Assembly: GCA_048213135.1 (NCBI GenBank)
Contig: PS015599.1
Location: 1 to 47,955, forward strand
From: Reclinomonas americana ATCC 50394
Lineage: Eukaryota
Direction of reading: 5' to 3'
Length of the DNA stretch: 47,955 nt
Shown: one piece after another, positions 37,782 to 47,955 of the stretch
Layout: each line of letters opens with the position of its first letter
Numbering within the stretch: position 1 is the stretch's first letter
The notes under the pieces: generated by a model
The model's input: the letters and a program-made list of their open reading frames with translations, nothing else
Database searches by the model: none
What the model was told of the DNA's origin: nothing
Position numbers and translations under genes: made by a program

Positions 37782-38835
37782 GGGGAGGTCGGGAGAGGGA
37801 AGGTGGACACGCAGTGGGACTTCAATGCCGAGTGCGAGCGAAAGTTGCATTTGCGATGTCCCGTTTGCGATCGTCCTGCAGCGCTGCGGGGGTTGGGTGC
37901 GTGTGTATTGGCTGTTGTTTTGTATTGACAGACTGGCGGCTGTGTGCAGATCTGGAGCAGTACATAGTCAACGTCGAGCTCGGATGTTTTCGACTTTGTC
38001 AGGTTGACGGGTGAAGTTTGAGCAGAATAGGAGTACAACGTGCATATAGACCATCGGCTGGATCTGCGTTTCCAGGTCCGGCCTTCCTTCAAGCCACTTC
38101 GCTTTCCCGATCAGATTGCAACTGCTGATCGAGGATTCCAAGCGTTTTCCGCGACCGAGGAGATTGCTGAAGCTGTGCTGCAGGTTGCAAGATGTGCCGG
38201 ACATTTGTGCCTCTAGAGGGCTGGGCTCCACTGTTGGAAAGCGGACTGCGACGGCAGAAAAGCATCATACCGTCCGGATCGACCCGCAATCGATCGAAAT
38301 CGATATCGATGGATTTGACAACTGCAGCGTTGAAATCCGCGCTTGTTTCGGCGCCATATCGATCGTACTTTGCAGATCTCCGTAGCCGGCAAAGAACATC
38401 TGCAAGCAGTGCCTTCCGGAACGCTTTGCATTCGAATTCGAACTCGCTGCGATCGATTTGGATCTGGATTCACGGTTTCTCTTGCAGCAACATTTGTTTT
38501 ACGCAATTAACATAGAACTCGAACAGGTTCTATGCTCTGCTCACGGTGATGAAGGTCGTTCTGCAGCGCGCACAATGTTGTGGAATCCTGTTTCCACGAA
38601 AGTGCGAACAAATCGGACAACCAAAACTTCTGTCAACTTCTCCTCTGCACATGCTTCCGCATTCACACTGCAGCTCACATCCACCTGTCTACCCTCGCCC
38701 ACCTAGTCCACAAAAATCGTTACGATATGTGCGCATTGACCGTTACTTTTCGCGCGCAGTTTTTCTCAATTTCACTCATAGTTTCACTCGCGCTTCTTGT
38801 TTGTAGAACGCGCATCTCACTCCACCCTAAACAAG

Positions 38836-41532
38836 ATGCGCTCCCCGTCCCCTCTGCAATCCACTCCGACGCTGCTGCTGCTGCTGGCGGCGGTGCTTGC
38901 ACTCTCATGTCTCCACGTTGTGGAGGCCGGTGGTGGTGCGTGTGTGCGAAACCTCGACTGCAACTGGCACCTCGCCCAGGCCAGCGGCTTTTGCGACCAG
39001 GGCACTAACAAGTGCCGCTGCTACGCTGGCATTGATGGTGCGTGTGTGGAGAGAGTGTGTGTGCGTGTGCGTGTGTGTGAGAGACGAGATGCATCTTGCA
39101 CGAGAAGTCCGCCGAGTTTCTGTTTCGAATTCTGTGGCGACATACAGCGCATGTGGTGATGTGGCACACACAATGCCCCTGAGCATGCGTGCGTGTGTCT
39201 CTCCCCCCTCTGTGCGAATCTGTGTGTGCGTGTGCGAGAGTGTGCATGTGGAATGTGCGGTGTTGTCTTTTTTTGTTTTTGCTGTTTTGGCGCCAAGCTT
39301 TGGTTTTTTCTGCCCGTTGTCTTTCTTCTTAACCGCACATTTTGTGCAGGCCCTCAGTGCCAGTGCCGCCCTGTGGAGTCCTGCAGTGGCCACGGAACCT
39401 GCAACGCCAATGGCCTGTGCCAATGGTGATCGATCATATGTTCGCTCTGAGTTCCTGAACGTCACCTCACACTTTCTCTCTCTTTATTGTGCTCTAGCTT
39501 CCCTGGCTGGACTGGCAACGACTGCAACACGTGCTCGGTGAGAGTGTGTGCTGTCTCGTGTCACTGCTTCCTGCCTTTTGTGCGTCTCACATTCCTGCGC
39601 AGAACGGCAAGTGCGGACCGCGCTGCGACCAGACGGTGACGACAATGACGACGCTTCCTCTCGTCTACCCTTGTGTGTATGCGCTGACACTGTCATTGCC
39701 CCGCACAGTGCCCGGCACCGCTGTTCTGCTCCGACGCGACCATCCTGCAAGGCCAGAAGGACTTTTTCGCGCTGCCTCTCGATGGCGCCACCTCGCCGTC
39801 GGCCGCTCTGATCAACTCTGTCAACCCGTTCCCGCGCAACCGTGCCTACGACCAGGCGCTGCCTCTTGACGTCTTCTTCATCACCACCTTCACGCTGCCG
39901 TCGCATGTCACTGGCAGCAACCTCACTGCGGCCACACTCAACATTCGCGCCAAGCCGTACCAGAACAGCTCGACCAACGACACCATCGGTCTGCGTGTGT
40001 ACAACGGCAACACGCTGGTGGCCACGTGGGGTGCCCACTTTGGCACCGGCTTTGGCTTCTCGCTGGACATGTTTGGCACGTGGTCGAGCTTCCAGATCCC
40101 CGCCAACGGCCAGCTCTTCACGGTGCGTGTGCTCTCTCTCATACACCACACTGGTCTCGTCGCCCGCTCAGTCTCACATGAAAATGCCCGCTGGCTGTTG
40201 CAGTTGGACATCAACGCGCTGCCGACTGGACCGCAGTCGACAATGTCTCTCCTCGCCGCCATGAACACCTTCCGCAACCTGTCGGTTTGTTCTCAGTGGT
40301 TCTGCTTGCCGTGCTGTTTTGTGATCGCTCACTCACTCACTCCCGGCACAGGTGGTCGTGCAAGACGATACCGCTGTCGACTTTGCCGAGCTCAAGTACA
40401 CCATTGTTGCGTTGGCGATCGGCACGCGCGCGTGTTGAACTGTGTGATTGTGACACTCTTTCTGTGTTATGTCTGCACAGTGCGCCCAGTGCCAGACGAC
40501 GACGACGCTGCACGGCACAAAGGACAACTTTGCCTCGCCAGTGGAGAACGCGTCTCCGAGCGCCGCTCTGTCCATTCTCATCGCTGGAGCCTCCGCGGCC
40601 CCGGCCAAGCAGTTCGACGCTGCGATCACCGATGCCTTCCTGGGTGACTCCTTCCTCAACCTGCCGACCAACATTGTGTCGGCAATTCTGCACTTCAAGG
40701 CCAGGCCTCGTTGCGTGCACGATACCTGCTGTTCACGTGTTCCGACTGGATGCTGACGCCCATCATCATCCTCAGTGGGCAGCAGCATTCCGAGCAACGA
40801 CACCATTGGGTTCTACACTTTCGACAGCAACAACACCCGTGTCGCCTCGGGCGGAGTCTGCCTGGGTGGAGTTCGTACCTGCGTTTTGCTGCTGTCCACC
40901 CCCCGTTTCTCCCGATTTACCATTGCTGACACACGCCGTGTAAATACGCAGAGTGCTGCGTGCTTGCGCTCCAACTCGTGGACGTCCGGCAACTACCCCA
41001 GCGGCTACACGTTCGACTTGGATCTGAGCACCGTTGCCGCCACCTTCCCGGCGGTCAACAACCCGTACGCCACCGTCCTCGATTTTGTCAAGGCCACTCG
41101 CCGCCTCGACATTGTCGTGCAAGGTGAAGTGTGCTCCTTGCATTCAGTTGTCTTTCAGTGTCCCCCGACTCATTTTCGTGGCGACACCGCAGACGACTCG
41201 GCGGTGGACTACTTTGAGCTGGAGATCAAGGTGTGCGTGCCCGAGGTGCCGGTGCTGCCGCCGGTGTGCTCCTCCATCACCGGTTCGTTGCAGCTGCGCA
41301 ATCACACACTCTCCTTGTCGGCCGGCTAACTGATCTCCCCGCAGACTGCAACGGCCAGAACAACTCGAGTGGCTGTGTCAACGGCCAGTGCCAGTGCCTG
41401 CCCGGCATTGGCGGCAAGAACTGCGAGTGCCGCCCGGTGGAAACATGCAACGGCCACGGCACGTGCGATCTGGCCACCGGTGCCTGTATGTGCCAGCCGA
41501 ATTCGTCGGGTCTCCACTGCGAAATCTTCTGA
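38836..41532 (+). CDS. Secreted protein: EGF-like repeats, two copies of an unrecognised ~170-aa domain, then EGF-like repeats
   Basis: Signal peptide (PTLLLLLAAVLALSCLHVVEA). EGF units CRPVESCSGHGTC..C.C..GWTG.DC and CRPVETCNGHGTC..C.C..G.HC. Internal repeats end in VVVQDDTAVDFAEL and IVVQDDSAVDYFEL. Twelve phase-consistent exons, stop TGA at 41530-41532. Confidence 0.85.
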
Positions 41533-41736
41533 GCGGCGGCGTCGTAGCTAGAATAGCTGCCCTCGTTCTTTCCCTCTCCCTTTTCAATCGATCTTGGCTG
41601 CGGAGTCGATCAGTGTGTGTGCGTCCACCAAAACAAATGAATGGCGCCCGTCGGTCCTTCAGGCAACAACAACAACACTCGCAGACACTGCGTATATTTA
41701 CAAAAAAAGATCTGACAGTCGTTTTGATTAGGTCGC

Positions 41737-43559
41737 TCATCTGCCGTGGTTATCCGGTGCCGGGTCGTCGTGCTCCAGTGGAGGTGGTCCCGTGGGCAGC
41801 GGCTGGTCATCGCCTGCCGACGAGTCAGGGTCGACCAAGTAGCCGAACCGCTGCGGATGATCCAGCACATATTTCGGTGCAAAGAGGCGTTCGTTGGGTT
41901 GCGCGCGGCGTCCGTGCGACTCATTGGTGAACCAGTGGCCCTTGCGACGCATCTCGGCGAAGCGCGTGGGGTTGTTGTTTTCCGGCGTGTTGAGCTCCTT
42001 GTGTGCAAACGACGACAGCTTGACGCTCCAGCCGGCCAGCGGCGTGCACCACGAACAGTGCCACGCCGCCTCGTGGCCCTTGGCTGTACATGGTGAGATG
42101 AGCACAGATCTAGAATCTCGCAGACAGTGTTGTGCGGGGACGAAACTACCGAGCCGACCCTCTGGCAGGTGTAGACCAACACGGCGAACCTCGTTGGTGC
42201 ACCCCTCGTTGTCGTTAAGTTCCTTGACGCGGATAATGGCGGCGGCATCGGAGGTGCGTGCATGCACCCACGCAAAGCTGGCAAAGTTCCACTTGGCACG
42301 CAACCGAAGCATCTGCGCACAAACGCCGATCAGCGACGACCATCACGTGCATACAGCACGCAGAGTGAGGAACAAGCGAAATGCACCGGCGGCAGGCCCG
42401 AATGATGCTTCACAAAGCAAATGAGGCGTGGATCAGGGATCTCGTCAATGTCCGACACGCCGACCAAGTCCTCGTCTTCCACGTCGGGAATCATGCCGAG
42501 ACCACGCTTGCCAATGGCGTTGCGCTGCAGCGTCTCGTGCTCCCAGTACGTGAACTTTTGCGGCCGCTCACTGTCGTCGATAATCACGTGAATGATCTTG
42601 TTGAGGAAGCGCGTGAAGCGCTGTCGGTTCTCCAAAAAGTACAGCGGCTTCGGCTTGTCGCGCAGAGTCCACGGTGACTCGACCTGCGCTGACGGTGAAC
42701 GGGGAGGAGAAACAGAGAACGAGCAACAGCACGCATGCTGCACTCAACGAGGATAAAGTAATCGACCACCGCGTCGAGCTCATGCAGACGAATGTCGAGC
42801 AAGTCCAACTCATCGCCCATGATGAATCCGTCATAGTATCGTGCCGGTGTCAGTCGCTGCTGCGGCGACGCGTTGAAAAAGTCGGGCTTGTACGTGTCGC
42901 GGAACTCTGCACAGAAGAATCGATGACAATCGTGAAACAGCAGCAGCTGCGGCAAACACACGCCACTCTGTCTCACCGTTCCACGACATGGGCTCGCACG
43001 GAGGCGGCTGCCACACATCACCAGTCTCGTCCACATCGTCGTGGATCGCAGAGTCCACTGATGCAGCAGATGCCGTGGCCTCGGCCTCCAGCTCAGCCTC
43101 AGTTCTGCTGGCCGGCGGTGGCGGTGGCGGTGGTGGTGGTGGTGTTTCCTCAGGCCGAGTCTCGCCTCGCAGCTTGTCCTCTGCTTCGCTCTTCTCCTCC
43201 TCTGGTGGTGGTGGTGGTGGTGGTGGAGGAGGTGGAGGAGGAGGCGGCTTGGGTGATATGGTGATGCGTTTCCGACGCTGTGGTCGACCGCTGCCTGCTG
43301 GCTCCACTGTGTCGTCGTCTGCCTCTGCATCCATGTCGTCCTCTGTCACAGGTCGACTTGGTGGTGCTGGAGGAAGGGGAGCAGCAGCAGGAGGAGGAGG
43401 AGGAGACTGATGATGGTGGTGGTGATGGTGATGCAGTGAGGAGGAGACCACTGCTTGTGGAGTGGCGCGATCCACGGATGACCATCGCAGGAGGACAAGG
43501 AGGAGCAAGGCCGCTGCAAAGAGCCATGCCACGCGACGCACACTGAAGACACGTCGCAT
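41737..43559 (-). CDS. Glycosyltransferase family 17 (MGAT3/GnT-III-like), type II Golgi membrane protein
   Basis: N-terminal TM segment VAWLFAAALLLLVLL and a Pro/acidic stem, then ELDLLDIRLHELDAVVDYFIL|VES, KPKPLYF, ETLQRN, VSDIDEIP, WHCSWC and KLSSFAH, all GT17 motifs. Confidence 0.92.
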
Positions 43560-44125
43560 GTTCGGTAACATGAGAGGGAATGAAATGTGTGAGGGGACAC
43601 GCGTCAAACGAATGTCCGCTGTCTCCCCGCCTCTCCTTCGTTGTTATCGTATGTGTCGTTGCTGTTGTTGTACAAGCCACCATCATCCGCGATTTAATTA
43701 GAGCGCGAGTTGCATGCCAGCATATTAGGTACTAGACTACTTCCGCCTCTGCGCGCGCTCACTGTAACGTTCGAATTCCAACACGCGCACAACACAAAAC
43801 AACGGGCGAATGACACACGCACAGCAGCAGAGAGCGCACAGAGAGTGAGTGCGAGTAGAGGGCGAGAGTGCAGGGGCGCGCTGGTGGTGGGGCGACGAGG
43901 AAAATGGCCCACACCACCACGATCACGCGCCCACTAAAAAGGGATAACCGAACCCCCACAAAACTCAGCCCAGACGCGCTCACTCACACGCACACACCGC
44001 ATACACACTCTCGAACATCGCGCCGAACACCGACGAAATGTAACAAACAGGGAGAAAAAAGGGGAGAGTGCGTGGATGAAGAGAGAGAGAGAGAAGCGCT
44101 TGTGAGAGTGAGCACCACTGCGCAC

Positions 44126-44531
44126 CGGCGTTGGCATCACCAGAAACGTGGCAGCGGCCGGGTCGCCCAGCATGCCCGCCGGGTACATGTGCCCAGCGGC
44201 AGCCGCGCTGAGCATGTACGCCGACGAGGTGGGAGGAGCGGACATGGCCGCGGCCATGTCGTCTTGCTCGTGCTCGTGTTCGTGCGGCTGGTGGTGGTGA
44301 TGATGACGTGAGCGCTTGTGTGGTGGCGCGTCCGTGTCAATAGGCGACGGCAGTCTGTACATTCTCTGTTGCTGCTGCTGCGGTTGTTGGCCATTCTGTG
44401 CAACAAAGGGGGATTCGCCCGCAAAGTTTCAGAGTTTTTGAAACTCAGTGGTGTGATTGGGGGCGCGCGCATACACGCACCTCGCCACGCTCCCGCTTGC
44501 GGTGGGATGAGGATGACGATGCGGTGGACAT
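44126..44531 (-). CDS. Small low-complexity protein with basic NLS-like motifs; 3' end unresolved
   Basis: Exon MSTASSSSHRKRERGE joins via a GTGCGT...CACAG phase-0 intron to NGQQPQQQQQRMYRLPSPIDTDAPPHKRSRHHHHHQ...LVMPTP, followed by a GTGCGC donor whose acceptor is unclear. Confidence 0.5.
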
Positions 44532-46271
44532 GGGGTGTGATGGCTCTGCACTCAGCATCTCTGCGAACGAGCGAGCGAGTGAGCGAGCGTGACAGAGAGT
44601 GCGAGGGAGAGGCGTGCGCGCGACACATCATGTGCACGGGCTGTACCTCAGTGAGCGCGGTGGGAGGAGACTGGAGAGTCACACACACTTGCGTCTGTGT
44701 GTGTGTGTTCGTGTGTTGTGCGACGTGAGCGCTTTGTCACAAACGCTTTTTCGATAGATTGATGATGCGTGCGCATAAAATTTCGTCGAGATCCGAGGAT
44801 GCATTATCGCCTGGATCGGGGAGTGAGGGAGAGGGCGCATACTCTTATTGAAGACGGTCAGGGGTGTGTTGCAAAACAAAGAGGAGAGAGAGAGAGAGTG
44901 GGAGAGAGTTGGGCTTGCCGAAAATGGAAGGAGGGTTCCGAACCGCACATGATTGCCCCGTCTTCGGTTTCATTATAAGTCGCGCGCTCTACGCCAGTTG
45001 TGCATGCAGTAGATCGGAAGGTCACCAGTACGGTGCTCCGAATTTGTAGCTACCTTCCCACTCACCTTTTTCGTCGAGCATTGCGAGTTGTTCTTGCCAC
45101 ATGGGGCGTCAGTGACTTGAGAAAGGAAAAATGTCAGCTCGGCTGTAGCCCCTTAAAGCCCACCAGTGCAGCGAGCGACAGCATCGTGTCGGGAAAGTGC
45201 GCGCTCTCTCTCCCATTCGTTACGCTGCCGATGTGCCAAGCGGGTCAGAGAGGGAGAAAAGAGAGAGACGGAGCACTCGATGCCGAGGCGCTCGAAAACC
45301 GTTTCCGATCTCGGCAGCTCACGACGCGCGCGCTTCTCGCCCCCTTGTCGCCCCCTTCTCCCCGCTCAGCACCTCGGGAGGTTACGAGGGAAGAGTGCAC
45401 CCGCCACCCGACACAACGTGCACACTCAATGCAGCTGAGAGAGCTCCCCACACTTTCCGGTGCTCTGTCATGAAAGTGGGACGGGGTTGTTCGCCGAGCT
45501 CGATTGATTGCTCTTGGCGAGGTGTGTGCATGGGAAGCGGAAGAGTCGGAGCTGAGAGATGGGTGTTGCTCTCCCTCCGCTCTTCCCACCCGCCGCGTGG
45601 CAAAACATGAAAGTAAAGAAGTGAGAAGAGGAGAGTAAAGTCGCCAAGAATCTTTTTCCATTTTTTTACTCGGCCGCAACACTGCAGCGACAAACCGCCA
45701 CCGATAGCAACAGTGGCAAGTGGTGACCAAACAGTCCGAGACGGAACAGCGGTACAAAAATTGGTACAACACGCAAGAAGGGAAGGAGGGGGATGCAAAA
45801 AATATGCCGTGGGGAAGGAGAAAACACTACTTAGGGAGAGAGAGGATAATAAGGGAGAAGGGGGGAGATGAGCGCCAACAAAAGCGCACAACTCGTGAAA
45901 CACTTGCAATAGACTATGGTACGCCAAAGGAAGGATAAGCAACACACACACACAAACAGGGGAGAACTCGTTTTCAAAACTGCAGCCCAATGCTGCAACC
46001 AGCTCCACACACACCACACCAGACTCCTCCATACCACACACACACACACTCCTTCTCCTCCACCACCCCCACAGAGAGACCGACTGCCGGAGGGGACAAA
46101 ACTNNNNNNNNNNNNNNNNNNNNNNNNNNNNNNNNNNNNNNNNNNNNNNNNNNNNNNNNNNNNNNNNNNNNNNNNNNNNNNNNNNNNNNNNNNNNNNNNN
46201 NNNNNNNNNNNNNNNNNNNNNNNNNNNNNNNNNNNNNNNNNNNNNNNNNNNNNNNNNNNNNNNNNNNNNNN

Positions 46272-47834
46272 AGCAGCAACAACAACAGCAGCAGCAGCAG
46301 CAGCAGCAGCAAATGCAAGACGCGGCGGCGGCGGCGGCTGCGCAGCGACCGTATGCTCGCGGTCTGCAAGAGCTGGTCAACACGACGCGCAACATGAAGG
46401 TCACGGGCAACTACCGCGGCATGAGTGCGCCGTCTCCGCGCACCAACACCACCACACCGACACACCACCACACCGACAGTGGCATTTCGGACTCGTCGCA
46501 AAAGTCGACACCGAGTGGCAGCGGCAGCGGTGCGCTGTCGATGGAGCGACACATTTGCTTCCGACCGAATGCGTTGCCGCGCGGCACGCTGACAATCTCG
46601 CCGGCGGGCGACCGAGGCGAGGACCAGTGGGGAACACTGTTGCGTTTGACAACCCATTGCTCTCACAGACCCGCACGTTTTTACTCACCCTTTTTGTTAT
46701 TAACAGGATGCACGTGTGCCCCGACAAGCTGGTGGTGACGGTGGAGGAGAAGACGACGCAGCGCGAGGTCGAGGCCTACTTTGTGCTGAAGCACAATTAC
46801 AGCGAGAACGTGCTGCTGACCATGTTTGAGAACCTCAACCGCTCGGGATCGCTGCAAAAAGTTTCATTTCTCTCCTCCTCCTTTTCTTCTTCTTCTTCCT
46901 CTTGTCACGATACTCATCGTTACTTGTGAGCAGACGCTGTGCTTGCACCTGCGCGAGGGCTACGCTCTCTACATTTTGCCGCACGAGAACTACCCGGCCG
47001 ATGCTCCCGATGCCTCCAAGTGCTTCTTGGGCGCACTGGTGCGCGTGCCGCTGCTGTTGGTGTGGGACCTGGACAACACCCTGGTCGACTGCCTGGAGGC
47101 TCCCGATTGCCGAGTTGCGTTCGTGTGTTTGCGATATGCACATCCAGTAGTGTGTGTGTGTGTGTGTGTGTGCTGACCTTCTCCTCGTGTAGCCATCCAC
47201 GCTCAGTGCACTGATGAAGACGTCCAAATCCAAGGGCGCCGACATTATGACCATTCAAGTGCGCGACGAGCTCGGCCACTACGCCTACTCGGTGCTGTGC
47301 AAGATCCGCCCCGGCGCCATTGACGCGCTGCAAACACTGAGCCGCAAGTACGAGATGATTATCTGCACCATGGGCATGCGCTCGTACGCCGAGGCGGTGG
47401 TGCGCGCCGCCCTGGACCCCGACGGCCGTCTCTTCTCGCGCATTGTGGCCCGTGAGGACCTCGACCCGCACCCATCGATGTACGGCATGTTTGTCAAGGA
47501 CTTGCACAAGCTGTGCCGTCTCGGCCTGGATGCTGGTGAGTGATGTTTGCTTTGTGCTTTTCTTTTTGCCACTTTTCTGAATCCTGTGCCGCTTCGCAGA
47601 TCCCCGTCGCACTGTGATTGTCGACGACTCACCCGACGTGTGGCGACAGGAGGAGAATGTGTTGCCGGTGATGCGATACTTGCACTTCTCACACCCCGAT
47701 TCGTGCGCCAATGGCTACTCGACGTCGTTGGCCGCCGCTCGCGTGCAGCTTGAGCGGCTACAAAAACGCATGCACGAGTCGGCCGAGCCGTGGAACGCCA
47801 GCGTGCCGTCTCTCCTGTCGGAGATTAAGCGGAC
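46272..47834 (+). CDS. RNA polymerase II CTD phosphatase, FCP1/CPL family; 5' end lies in the N-gap and the gene continues past the right edge
   Basis: Poly-Q N-terminal region, HAD motif LVWDLDNTLV, KIRPG...L....YEM.ICTMG.RSYA..V...LDPDG.LF.RIV.RED and VIVDDSPDVW. A GTAAGA donor at 47835 follows LSEIKR, the position where the BRCT domain usually begins in FCP1. Confidence 0.9.
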
Positions 47835-47955
47835 GTAAGACTCGCTAGAATGACATCCCCTCTCCTCCTTGTGCCCTCCTCCCTTCTCTCCCTCTTCTCC
47901 GCTCCACACTTGAGGCCCGCTGCTGGATTTTGTGCCTCCCTCGTCGTTGGTGGGC

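Noticed and set aside
38089-38490. Minus-strand reading frame with an in-frame TGA (MLLQEKP*IQIQ...) as a selenoprotein or pseudogene
   Set aside because: No recognisable family, redox motif or SECIS, and atypical composition; it lies in a divergent promoter region.
31652-43559. Functional cluster of endomembrane genes (S10 peptidase, MFSD8, EGF protein, GT17)
   Set aside because: Orientations alternate and such genes are common; without synteny or co-expression data, chance adjacency is sufficient.
43703-43789. tRNA-like element with a GCGCGAGTTG/CAACACGCGC terminal stem and GTTCGAATTCC
   Set aside because: No pairable T-stem or anticodon stem could be built, so it does not form a cloverleaf.

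Overview
Eukaryotic, GC-rich, gene-dense and very intron-rich genomic DNA, probably from a unicellular protist; the species cannot be identified from the sequence. The draft assembly has N-gaps and many microsatellites. The standard genetic code fits every gene I could splice by hand. The ORF track is mostly misleading because genes are split by many ~55-90 nt GT-AG introns. About 17 genes could be reconstructed: DPH1 (partial); a large secreted FN3/NHL/cadherin/PAN protein; a hypothetical protein; a His-rich protein; methylthioribulose-1-phosphate dehydratase (MtnB/APIP); RPL14; two tandem WD40 paralogues; a low-complexity protein; a coiled-coil protein with a GAS2-like domain; a large protein with a Cbl-type EF-hand-like segment; an S10 serine carboxypeptidase; an MFSD8/CLN7-like transporter; an EGF protein with a duplicated unknown domain; a GT17/MGAT3-like glycosyltransferase; a small basic/His-rich protein; and an FCP1/CPL-type CTD phosphatase (partial). 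The most striking observation is an abundant second class of 5' splice sites with an extra T after GT (GTTGCGT, GTTGAGT, GTTACGC), a +1-shifted copy of the main GTGCGT/GTGAGT/GTACGT consensus, at about 20 inferred introns. All exon models are manual and have no transcript support.
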